DNA of 64,000 nt from Mytilus trossulus (Eukaryota): NCBI RefSeq assembly GCF_036588685.1, contig NC_086373.1:20460001-20524000 (forward strand), written 5' to 3'. Numbering within the stretch: the stretch's first letter is position 1; each line of letters begins with the position of its first letter. Shown piece by piece: positions 1 to 13,200 of the stretch. The notes beneath the pieces are model-generated. The model searched no databases. It was given only the letters and a program-made list of their open reading frames with translations, and was not told where the DNA came from. A program made the translations under genes and the position numbers.

Positions 1-3000
1 AATGCAAAGTTTATGTTGTGTAACAAACGTAAACACAACGAAATTAATAAACGAAAGTGGTTTACTGCCCCTCGTGTAGGCCAGTTCTGATATGCATAAA
101 TTATAGCAATTTTACCTGACCATATCGGGAAATAGGTATTTAGTCGGATCTTAACACGTACGTGTGATTTGTTCAAACCGGTTTTCGATAAAAATATACG
201 AAGAAATGTCAAAATGTTTAGGACTTAATTAAATCCGTATTTCGGTAAGATTGTGCAAGCATACGATTTTTATTGCGTCTTACACTTTGAGAAGCGAATA
301 ATCTGTAACTACTTTATTCAAATATTCTGTAAAAACGTTAATTTGGAGCTATGAAAGTCAAGTGGCTAGAGAATTTTTCCTGAGGAAGTTTTAAAAAAGT
401 GCAAAAAAATATTTTTACAGTGGGTTAGCTTTCATTAGTATTCACTATCTATAGATTAACAACTTTTGGTTATATTTATAATTCAGAATCATCCTTGAAG
501 GTGGAGTGCAATTGCGCAGTTAATTAATTATATGGATGTGCCATTTGTATGATGAGTGACATTCCGTGGTATTATGTGCCAATTCGAAAAAGTTATACGA
601 TAATTGTCTCCCCTTAACAGGTTCATTTTTTTATAATTATGTTTAGGTTTCTGATATAATTTTGAATAATTAGAAAATGAATCAATGCAATATATTTCAG
701 TTTTTGTTATTGATGTATCAAAACAATTGATGTACGAATTTAATTTCCTAAATTTGAAACGTTTAAAAAATTTTACATACCAATATAAAGAACTTTTTAT
801 CATTTTTGAAATAGACTATGAATAAAAATTGCTTTTAAATTACTTCCCTTCATGATAGATTGATTGGGAAATGAGCCAGAGTTATCTATTTGTGATCACA
901 GAGAAGGACTAGCAAACAAATTTTGATTGCAGCTAATTAATTGATAAAACAATGTTCCCCTATAAACGAATGTTATTTTATAGAAATAAAAGAACTTAGT
1001 TAGCTAAATCTACAAATTTTATTTGAAATTATGATTTTTTATTGAAATAGATTAATATGCTACATGATGATGATGATAAAACCACTTAAGATATCTATTC
1101 GTAGTACTAATTTATCGTAGAACATGTAGAAAAATTCGTCCCTACGGAATAAATCTTATCTCTAGTATTTTTATGTATATCAGTTCTGACATGTTCAAAG
1201 TGCAATTGCATTAAAACAGCAAACAATCGGAATAAAATATATAAATGCTTGTTTAACCACAGAAAATCAAGGAATAATTCATATAATGTAGGGCTATACA
1301 CAAAAACAGTTTAATAAATTACGAAGTGAGTGTCTGTATTAAGTCACTTACTTTGTGTTTGGCAAAACGTTTAGGAATTTTTGTTTTCAATGCTCTTCAA
1401 CTTCGTACTTTATTTGGCATTTTTAACTTTTTTGGATTCGAGCGTCACTGATGAGTCTATTGTAGACGAAACGCGCGTCTGACGTATATATTAAATTTAG
1501 TCCTGGTATATATGATGAGTTTATAGGACAGTTGTGACTCAATAATTGCTCGTCTTTGCTTGTTGTATGGTTAATTTATTTGTTTGTAACGGTCATTTAT
1601 AGCAGATTATTCAAAAGTGTGCACCAAATGTTTATGTCATTTCGAAAAGACAGAAAAAAATATTACAATCATAAGTAACCCTTAAAAATGTTGAAGACGT
1701 CAAGGTCAGCATAACAAAAATATGTTTCAGCCAATCTGAAGACGTGTTACATTCAAAATTAAATTATTTTAATTATTCAAAAAACATTTTCACATTACAT
1801 ATTTTGGAGTATTTGTGATTACTTATTTACAATTTGGAAGTCAATTGTCATACTGTGCAAACTGCACTGTACAACCAAAATGTCTATGTTCATGAATCAA
1901 TTCTTTATAATTAAAGATTTCTGACCGTGACATATTAAACGATATTTTGACAAAAGTTTGAAGTGACCAAATGACAAATTTCCTCGAAGGTGATATTCAA
2001 CAATGAGAATGTTTTCATTTCATTTGATTGTTGTTACGCAATTTCTCGTTGTTTTTTTAACAACAGGTAGTTCTCTTACATTTGATACGTTTCCCTCGGT
2101 TTTAGTTTGTAATCCGGATTTGTTTTTTCTCTATCGATTTATGAATTTTGAACAGCGGTTTACTACTGTTGCCTTTATTTACTGTCCGGTTAGATATAGC
2201 GACAGCTATTGGCTTAAACTAGATAGTAACAAAAAGTTACAAACTTTTCCCGTCTCGTGATAAGAAATCAAATGCCAGAAAATAACCTATGTGTATTTTA
2301 GTTCCGATCAAATGTCATCAATTCATGCTTGTTTTATTATACTGTGTGTTGCACCTTGAAAATGAATATTGAAAGATCAATTATTTAATATACGTGTTGA
2401 ATTGCTATGTTCATCTGCAATGTGCACGATTTGTTTTGCTAAACAATGTTCCTATGCAATGTTTATGAGCATGCATTATCTGTATTATGTAACCTCTGCC
2501 AATCAAGACACACCTCACGAGTCGTGTCTATTCGTAAATGTTTTAATTTTTCAACAAGTAATGTGAACATATGTTTTGAATTAGGATATATCTATACTAT
2601 TAAACGAGATGACCTAATTTTGGGTGTGGCTTCTCTTCTTTCCACAATAAATTAATCATCATGCCTCTATGTCCTATGGGTACAGTGCATAATCGCATTT
2701 GTCATCCATTCATATGATTATTCAGATTGAGTTATTTTGAGTGATAAACGAGAAAAGAGACGTCCGGATATGTTTCCGTCATTGGGCGAAATCTTAAGTC
2801 AGATTAGACTTCCGGTTTGCGTTTTTCTGTATACTTTGAACATACATTAATACTACGAATACAGTGTATTTTCTGTCTTATATCCGTCATTGGACGAAAT
2901 TTAAGTCAGATTAGACCTCCGGTTTGCGTTTTTCTTTTTACTTTGAAACAAATGCATATACTACGAATAAAGTGTATTTTCTGTCTGATATCATTTTCAA

Positions 3001-3029
3001 GTTTACTATCCACGGCGGTCACAGGGTTT

Positions 3030-5573
3030 ATTAATTAATTAATTAATTCTTTATTCCGTAAGCAAATATACAGCTCATAGGATTAAATACATACACAAAT
3101 TATACAGTTAACATAAACATATACATAAACATATAAAGCATTACTATATAGCGGAGTTTGGCATATAATTTACATTGGTAATAAAGGTACAAAACAAAAA
3201 TCAAGTGTTACGAATTTTCTCTGCCTCGTACAGATATTTACCCAGATTATTTAATTCTTTAATATTTCTTACAGATAGTAATTGAACTAATTTGAAGGTA
3301 GATGGGTTTCTGTAATAATATATCTTAATATATTTACTTCTGACATTTACATATTTATCACACTCTAATATAAAATGATATTCGTCTTCGATGACTTTCT
3401 TATTACACATATTACAAACACGCTCATTTCTGGAAATATTAAAGTATCTTCCAGTTTCTACATTAAGTAAATGTGAATTTATTCTATATTTAGTTACATA
3501 TGACTGATATAAACTGTTCAATGGTCGATTCAAATAAAATTGCAAAGTATGTCCATCATGTATATATTGATATAAATAACATTTTGAAGTGTTTTCAAAA
3601 AATGACAAGGCTTCTGCTATATAATTATCAACAATTCTTTTTTTAAATTCATGCAAAAATAATTGACTATTTCCAACACTTTGTGCTAACCATATATCAT
3701 TAAATCCATACCTGTTTAGTATGTCTCTTATTTTACAACTCCAATTGAGTTTATCATTCGGTTTGACAAAACTAGATTCGTACATATCTTCATAAATACT
3801 ATTCAATATACAATTATTAGATTCTAATAGCTTCAACCAATAACGTACCATTCTTACATATCTATTAACATACAATGGTAAACGACCAAGTTCAAAATAC
3901 ACCATATGGCTCACAGTCGTTTTTCTCACTTTCAAAATTCTTTTTAAATAATACAAATGAAGCGTTTCTATATCAGCTCCTTTATGGAAACTCCATATTT
4001 CACAACCGTAATTCACAATACTTGTTACATATGTATCAAAAAGGGACATCAAAGTCTCAGTGTTATAACAATCATCATAAATCTTACTCAATAAACAAAA
4101 TGTAGCCTTTCTACCCTGTTCAGATAGTGTTTTCTGTGTTACAGTAAAAGTACCGTTATAGTTTAATAACAAACCAAGATATACAAACTGATCACACATT
4201 TCTATCATTTTTCCATTCAAATATCATTTTTCGTTCTCTTTCAGTACACCTTTGTTACGAAAAACAACTATTTTGGTTTTTCTTAAATTAATATCAAGAC
4301 CATTCTTGTATGAACTATCATATACAGTGACTATCATTTTTTGTAAATCAGAAATACTTTCGCTGAAGAGAACTGTATCATCAGCATACATAAAAAGATA
4401 AAGATTTAACAATTTTACTTCATATGGTTCTATTTCTTGTTTAATTAACTCAATTTCTATGTCATTTACATAAATTGCATATAAAAATGGTGATAATGAT
4501 TCGCCTTGCATAAGGCCAACATTACAATGAAAGAAATCTGAAAATTCACCATCTAATTTAACACAAGTTTTTAACTTAGAATACATTGATTTGATAAGAT
4601 TCAGTAAATTTCCACTAATACCGCATTTTAACATTTTTTGCCATAAAACATAATGTGACACACTGTCGAAAGCTTTGACAAAATCAATGAAACAACAATA
4701 GAGACGCTTTCCTTTACGTAAACTTTTTGATACAATAGAATGAAGGGCAAAAATCGCGTCGTGTGTACCATATCCAGGGACAAATCCAAATTGCGCATCA
4801 GTCAATATACTGTATTCTTTGCACCACTTCAATAGTCTTGTATTAATGACAGAAGTAAACAATTTCCCAACATGAGACACAAGCGAAATTCCTCTGTAAT
4901 TTCCTGTATCATCAACTTGACCTTTTTTAAATAGCGGAACTAAAACACTCTTGACCCATATTTCTGGAAACCAACCGGTAATAAGTATTACGTTAAAAAG
5001 TTCACATAACAATGGCAGTAGGACTAATTTACACTCCTTCAAAAATTCATTTAATAGATTGTCATAGCCTGTTGATTTTTCAGTTTTCAATTTTTTAACG
5101 CAAACATCAATTTCTTGCTCCGTAAGAGGTCGGTCCAATTCTTCGTAAATTACTTCATTGTTGACTTCTTCTTCCGGTCCGTCGTCAATTTCTTCTTTAG
5201 AAACTAAGTTTTTAAAATGAGTCACAAAATCGTTTAATTTTATGTTGCTTTGTTTGGCCTTTTTTCGTTTCCTGAATTTTCGATAACAGTACTTTGGATT
5301 CGTTTTTCTCATAGAACTCAACATGTTTCCTTTTTGTTTTTTATATCGTCTTTTTAAACTATTCTCACTTCGTTTAAATCTTTGTTTAGCAAGATTTAAA
5401 ATTAGTCTATTTTCTTCACACTTGTTTTGGTTAAATTGTTTCAATGAGCGTTTATATTCAATATACAATAGCTTGCAGTCATCATTTATCCATGGTTTAT
5501 CTTGCCGTATATTTATAGGTTTATAAGTTCGCTTTAAGCTGTTACAATAATCACATTTTAAAACTTTAGTCAC
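3030..5573 (-). mobile_element. 5'-truncated non-LTR retrotransposon (LINE, CR1/L2-group-like); reverse transcriptase ORF split by one nonsense codon
   Basis: ORF 4224-5573 has RT motifs (NYRGISL, QFGF, CCFIDFVKAFDSV, GLMQGESLSPFLY, YADD). ORF 3201-4220 continues in the same frame after a single TGA at 4224-4226 and contains the C-terminal 'RVCNMC..IEDEYHFILEC' motif. No endonuclease domain is present. The 3' end has AATAAA followed by an (AATT)n tail at ~3030-3055. Confidence 0.93.
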
Positions 5574-6202
5574 TTCTGTTTTTGTATTTAATAGAGAGGG
5601 TCTGAATAATATATTAATGACCGCTGTGGATCAATTATTAAACTGAGAATTGACTGTAAAAAGAAAATACACTTTCGGGACGTCTGGAACGGGTGTTTTT
5701 AAGATCGAAATTTCGGGATAGACCATTTCGGGATCCAGGATTTCTTTTTTCGAATTCGGGATGTCGAGATATATAATTTGTATAATAAATTCAGAACCTC
5801 GGGATTTCATGTTTTTAAGCTCGGGATATTGGGAGGAGTGGCGGATCCAAAAAAAATCATACGCAGGGGCCCGTTGACTGCCTATAAGAGGGGCCCGCTC
5901 TGGTCATGCTTCAGTGATTCCCTATATATAAGCAACCAATTATTTTCAAGAAAAAGTGGGCGGGCCCCCTAAATCCGCCTCTGACCCGACCCCCCTTTAA
6001 TGAATGTTCATAATATACAGATTAGCACTAAAATTATTCATGTGTCATTAAAATTAATAGAGAACAAACAAACAAAAAAATGATTTTTTTGTGGAAAAAG
6101 GAGGAGCCGGGCTAGAAAAACAATTATCCTGTCCCAAATTACCTATGACTTTTGATACTTTTTCTGAAATTCTCAAGTCACTAAATGTTTTACAAAAAAA
6201 AA

Positions 6203-6455
6203 AGAAGACGTGGTATATGAATGCCAATGAGACAGCTCTCCACAAGAGACCAAAATGACACCGAAATTAATATTTAAAGGTCACCTTACGACCTTCAACA
6301 ATAAGCAAAAGCCGATACTGCATAGTCTGATATAAAAGGCCCCGAAATGACAATGTAAAACAATTCAAATGAGAAAACTAACAGCCTTATTTATGTACAA
6401 AAAATGAACGAAAAACAAATGTCACTGAACCACTGAATTACAGGCTCCTGACTGG
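6203..6455 (+). repeat. Dispersed high-copy repeat family 1 (representative copy)
   Basis: AAGAAGATGTGGTATGATTGCCAATGAGACA..CACAAGAGACCAAAATGACAC..GCTATAAAAGGCCCCGAAATGAC recurs at ~26570, ~44230, ~63050 and ~58950(-), with related copies at ~15620(-), ~22150(-) and ~28700. Confidence 0.8.
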
Positions 6456-7202
6456 AATGTTCATAATACATGTACACTAAATGTATGTACATAATGAAAT
6501 TAATAGAAAACAAAAAATGGGAATTTTGGAAATAAAGGAAGAGGGTTAATAAAAACATTTTCCTGTACCCAAGTACCTATGAATTTTGATACTTTTCCTG
6601 AAATTCTCAAGACATTAAATCTTTTACAAAATTCTTCCTCCAACACTTTACATCCTTTCAAATACGCTCTGAATGTCCACGATTTCGCGGGTGTGTTCTA
6701 GTATATATAGAGAGAACGAAGCAGTCCTTAGCATTTTAGAAACTAAAACTTGTAAATAATTAATTTTATTGACAAAATATTGTGTATGTGTTCTTTGTCA
6801 CCGATCTATGTAAGAGTAACGTTTTTAGTGACATACAATGAACTCGAATCATATGCAAAGGTTATTACAATCTCTTCCTTATTCTCAATATGAGAAATAC
6901 TTTTACAGTAAAATTGACAATGGAAATGGGGAATGTGTCAAAGAGACAACAACCCGACCAAATAAAAAAACGACAGCAGAAGGTCACCAACAGTGTTTAT
7001 TCCTGTTCTCAATTGGAGAAATACGGTTACATTGTACTAGATCTTCGGTCGTAGAAAGTGTCTTGCTCGAAGCATACAGGAAATATTTCAGAAAAAAACA
7101 TCATCAACACAGCGCATACCAGTATTCATCCTCTTGATTTTGTGAATTTGTGTATCTTGAAGACTTCTGTAAGTTTTGTTTATCTTTCCTTTACATTAAT
7201 GT

Positions 7203-10200
7203 CTAGTACGGCGGTGCTGATGCCCCGTTTCCTCCGTAAGGAGGAGGAGGCTGTGAGTAACCAGACTGTCCCTGAGGAAGAGGAGGCTGTGTGTATCCAA
7301 ACTGTCCCTGAGGAGGAGTAGGTTGTTGTTTACCAAACTGTCCCTGAAGAGGAGGAGGCTGTGAAAAAACAAATTGTCCCTGGGGAGGTGGGGGCTGTGG
7401 GTATCCAAACTGTCCCTGGGGAGGTGGGTATGCCATATTCTGTCCTGGTGGTGGTGGATAACTCATTCCGGTTGGCTGATTTGGAAATGATGGCACTGGA
7501 GCTGAAATACAAAAAAGTAGGAAATGAAAGACAATAATTCAAAATATTACAAACTGAAAAAAGAAACATACAAAAAGAAAAAGAAAAAAGAAAAAGTATT
7601 TTGACTACAAAAACTGGTTTGTATAATCATAAACATCTTTGTCTCTCAAAACTCTCTGTACTAAAGACCGTTATTCATACAAAAAAATGAAATGGTTAAG
7701 GCTGTTCTTTTACTTATAATTATACATTACTGTATTGTATTGTGACTTAGAAGATTGTATTATTGGCACTCATCCCACATCTTCTTATTTATAAAAATAA
7801 CGAGAATATATATAGTAATATTGGAAAATAAATGCAATAACTGTTTTTGCGTGGAATGTTTCGAAAATATTTGAAGAAACTAATATATCCAACTTCGGGA
7901 TCAACATTCATTAGTCTAGTATACAAAGGATTGAATTAAGTATGCTGCGATCTAGTTACTGTATTACATACGTGAAAGCTGGACAGTAGTAATTCTTGTT
8001 GTCGGTTGTACAACAGTGCCTCTGTTCCCACTGGTCTTTATCTGCTTACATACAACCATAACAACAACAAAAACTATAATTCCAAAGATGATACAACCAA
8101 TCACTATCCCAGGAATAGCACCAGTCGGACTGAAATGTACAAGTGTATGGTTACCAGTCTGATTAGAATTATATTTCTAGTTTCTAATTTGGCTTTTTAA
8201 ATTTACATAACTTGACTACTTTAATCTCCTCAGTTTTGATCATTTAAACAAATCTTTAGTTTGCAAGCTGGCCATTTCAATATGTCAACTAACAGTGTTG
8301 ATGTAAATGGACAGTAGATGGATCTGAACATGTTAGCGCTCTTTTTGATTTTCTTTATTTAGTGCAAAGCGATTTTATTGATAAGAGACAAAATTAGCAT
8401 TTGATCCCTATGTTCAATAATCTATATCCAAAATATTAGTCGGCATGCTTGGTTAACGGGCACATTTTAAAACGCGGTAAAAAGCGATCCCATCAGGACA
8501 TTATACTATCTGAGATGTGGGTCGGGAAACAAGCCAACGTTTAGTTTTTTATGTATTGTTTTTGGGTACTGCTGTTTTTCTTTTCGCTGTTTTTCTATGT
8601 TTTATTAATGACATTACCAGTCTATTTTGATTTATGAGTTTAAATATTCCTTAGGTATATTTTGTCTCTCTTTTAGATGTTGAGCCAAGACGTTCAGTTG
8701 AACGGCAAACGATTTAATGGCTTCTAAGGTCAAGACATTGGTCACGTGATAAAAGGTCAGAGTTTACGATTTTTGGTAAACGTGCACGCCTCGTGGTTTT
8801 TGGACTCGTATTGTCTTATTTGTACTCGTACATTGATAAAAACCAAAGAGTTCAATTCTAGATTGAATAAGCTTCCTTATTTTATATAATTATCATTAAA
8901 AAGCGTTGTAAAAATGTTATAAATTCACGAGTGAAGTGAAACTTTTTTTCTGAAAATTTGCGTAGGTCCACGGAAAATCCTTTATAATTCCTCAAATAGG
9001 TTTGGTAACGTGTTGAGGGGTATAAAATATGAAGTAAAACCATTTTTTGCTTCTTTTAATACTTTATCAGATCACAAAAACCCCGGATACGCAATTGTGT
9101 CAGATTATTCGTTGCGAAGCGGAGATCAAAGGGAGATAACTCGGTACGCGCATCGTAGGATATTGCAAGTTCACAACAGTAAATTCGAGTAAAATTAATG
9201 ATTGCAGATATATTTCGGCAATTTCTTCAGTAAATTTTCAATATTCTATGTTCCTCTACTGTTGTAACATTAAAATAGTCATGGGAAGGTTGAATATGAC
9301 ATTTTTTTTTCAAGTACTTACAGGTTATTGAACACTTCCAAAGAAGAAAATTCTGAACTTGGACTTATTGTATTTTCTCAAACACCCTTTTGGTAGATAG
9401 AAGGATACAAGAGGGGTTTATCAGTTGTCAGTAGAACCTGTGTTACAATAGAATTGAACTTTTCATTGCATGAAAGCAAACTGAATATGGAAACAAAGGA
9501 AATATAGTCTTAAAAATTGTGAACATTTATACTTTTGAATGAAAATAATATGAATTTGCAGTGGACAGAAGTACATGTACAATGCTTGTTTTATTGTACC
9601 TCTTTTAAGATACAGTGGTGGATCCCAGGGGTTCTGGTGACCTCCTCTTTTATGGAAGATTAATGCATTTGAAATCAGGGATCATATAGTTAACTCTCCT
9701 TTTTATCCTTGGTTGAGAATACCACCACTTATGTTTAAAATTGTCTGGATTCACCCTGAGATAACCTTTATAAGATGTACAAGTTATGTTGCTTGCCTTA
9801 ATCAAGAGAAAATATCTGAACCCAAAGAACCAGAAAGGGATTTAGAACATAATAATCAACACAAAGATAACTGAGCAAAAGCTGTATTGCAACCTGATAT
9901 CATGCAGTTCTCATCATAATTCCTATTATATGTATTATTTCAAATTTTGCTTTATTTTTCTTCTTCTTATATTTGAATTCAATAGTCCTGCAACCAACTG
10001 TTGAGTGCATTCAATTAAATTATTGATTGAATAATAAGCTATAAAGCTGACCAGTAAATAAAGTTTGGAAATGCTTTGTTAAAATACAATAGTGGTATTA
10101 TATCATAAAATATACTGAATCAACTTCAAATTTAATCCAAATTCATACTTACCTGCTCTAAAATGCATAATCAATTGAAAAACAAAAACCTGAGAACACT

Positions 10201-13200
10201 ACAATGTATAACATAGAGATTGCACGGCCACTTCCCATGTTATAGTAGTCATAGACAAAAATAAAACTGACTTAAATTAAGTATGTTAATGTTTTTTTGT
10301 AAAAAGGACAACAATAAGATATTTATTATTCTGATATCAGAAATAATCTCATAGTATCAAATAAGAATGTCAGTTCTTTTAATTGAGATAATCAATTTAA
10401 TCACATTATTTACTTTTATAAAAAAAACTCATGATATTATCTGTATTTACAATCATGGACTATATAAAAGCTTGTCAACATCTCACTTACTTCAAATGCT
10501 TTTAAAATTAACCTGTTAGTACTAAAATAAAAGAGATGTGGTATAAGATAAGATATTTTATTCCAATTAAAAAAGGCCATGAAGAGCAAAGTAATGTGCT
10601 ACAATGATTTATATAATTGACACAATAATGTTGATATAAATCAGATAAACATGAATATAACCAACTCCATTCTTAGATTTTAAACCACAGCCAGACCAGG
10701 GCCACACATATATTAGAAAAAAAGGGTATAACAATTATATCTTCTATTATCATGATTATTAAACAGGCAAATATTCTCAAAGTCTTAATTAAAACAATAT
10801 CTGTACTGTATTTATAGTTTTCTGAGTGCAAAACATTTATTTTAAATTGCAACATTTTTCAATATCTCTAGATTTTCTTGAATATGCCAATTAAATTTTG
10901 CACTTGTGCTAAACATTTCAAATTTTTTACAACTTATTATACTGTCATTTAATTCTTTTCTTTAAAAGTTATAAAGGGGAAACTGACATTTAAATATGGT
11001 ATAATTGCCAATAAGATAACAGTCTAGAAACTTATCACCAGAGTCCAAGTACCTGTTAGCAGTGACAGTTAAATTACAAGTCACTTTACATACATCAACA
11101 ATGAATACATTCCATTGTTTTCAGGCAAATGAGGAAAATAAGAGTACCAATAGCTTTTGTCTTACTATATGTACAAGAGAATAATAGAAATGATAATATA
11201 AATAAGGAATAATCAGAGACAAAAAAGACAGGACTTATGCCATTGGACTATATGTAAAGTATTCCCTTACTAATCCTTGGAGGAGCTGCTGTATACTTTA
11301 TAGAAAAAAATATGTTGAGGATTTGGCCCCATCAATCAGGATTTTAGACATTTAATACATAATAATGCCAATTGCAATCTGCTCTATTTGTTCCAATGTA
11401 TAATGAGTATAAAATTTTATACCTAGGGTGGGAATTAAATGTCTTAAATCCATGCATGTTTATTTACTCTATTGTTCTTGGTGTACATAAAATGTACATG
11501 TATATGAAATATATCAAATGCAAAAAAAAATGCTGTAATGTAAATATGGTAATTTGTAAACATCACATTACACCCTCACTATTTAAAGACCTAGTAAAGG
11601 AAGTCCCTGCACCTCGCTTGACCAGTTTCTTAGACAAGATGTTTTATATAACTCTTGAAAGTATAACACGATAAAGGTTATATTGCTAAGTATATATGTA
11701 ACATCGACGTGCAATTAAGGTAAAGCAAACTGTCAAACATAAACAATCTACCACGTGTTTGTCGGCTGTACTTGAATTCAAAACGACCCATCAGGCCTTA
11801 TTTACACGAATTTTTGCTAAAGCAGACAGCTAAATATGTCTGTTTACCTTATGAGGTCTGTAAAGAATGGATTTGGTGGTATGACTTGTGTATGCATGGA
11901 AATATAATGAAGAAAACATTGATTTTTACCGTAACTTTTGAATACACAACATTCCCAAGGTATCCCCACAAAACACATGGCTACTTTGTAACGATGGCTG
12001 GTAACGTATAGCCACTTTCTAACGGCAAATCTAATTGGATGATCTCCAAAGATCAATAATAAAATTGCTAATAAATGATTGGATATGAAATTGTGTCAGA
12101 TTATAAATAGAGGAAAAAATGTAAACATTGAAATCCGCCATTTTGACGTAGGAAACAAACTAATTTCCAATCTTCGATTAAAGGACATTGCGCACATTGC
12201 CAGCGTATCATGCATAACCAGTCATCTGCAAATATATCTTTCAATATGTTTTTTACACTTACTTTTATATGTTTTAGTTAATTTAATGTTTTAATTTACT
12301 ACAGAACGGGACATCGTTCTCAAAGATGCCGTAGACAAAATTATAGGTGGCGCTGTTTGTGGGCGTAAACCTTTTACATACGGGTCCATTTTTGTCGACA
12401 AATTGACCTTTATCTGTCAGATTCAAGCGTTTGCCTTCCAACTGGTTTTACATTTTTCGTTATAAAAAAATCATTTTGTCATTAAAAATGTTCTTCGTCA
12501 CCAAAAGTCCTCAAGTTTCGAACCCCATGTAATTGTACAATAATTATTCGGAAAAAGGGAATACTTTTATATCTAAAATGATATACTCACAATACATATC
12601 CGCAAGATCTATAGGAGTAGTAGTAGCTGTAAGAACAGTAACTGGCTGTGACTGGTATAACTAAATACGAATATAAAACATAATTATAGTAATGATAAAG
12701 TAGTCGGCTGTGACTAGTATACATGTAACTGTTAACGAATGAAGCGTATTCAAAATCGTGATAAAGTAACCGGCTGTGACCGGTGTAACTATAAGCGAAT
12801 ATAAAACAGACCCATACGCATGACAAAGGAGCCAGATATATACGAAAATAAAATATAATCATAATGTTATTGCTTGCTATATACGAATATGAAACACAAT
12901 AATAATCTTGACAAAGTAGCTAACTATATACGAGTATAAAACATAATGATAATCATGATAAATTAGCTGGCTATATACGAATATAACACAGAATCAAAAG
13001 CATGATAAAAACAGGTGGCTGTTACATGTAACTATGAACGAATAAAACATAATCATGATAAAGTAGTCGTATGTAACTGGTATAACTATAAAATACATGC
13101 ATATAAAACATAATCGTAATCATGATAAAGAAGCCGACTATGACTGGAATAACTATAAACGAACAAAACTTAATCATAATCATAATCAGGATAAAGGAGC

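Noticed and set aside
7058-7569. Overlapping ORFs 7058+, 7196- and 7330-
   Set aside because: These are antisense or alternative frames of the repetitive tail exon of paralog A.
10153-10157. Possible 5-nt micro-exon (TTTTAG|AGCAG|GTAAGT) in intron 2 of paralog A
   Set aside because: Inclusion would frameshift A, and there is no other support.
11772-12294. Short ORFs and an aaaATGGCGG start-like motif inside intron 2 of A
   Set aside because: I could not build a coherent spliced model or recognise a domain; probably a transposon remnant.
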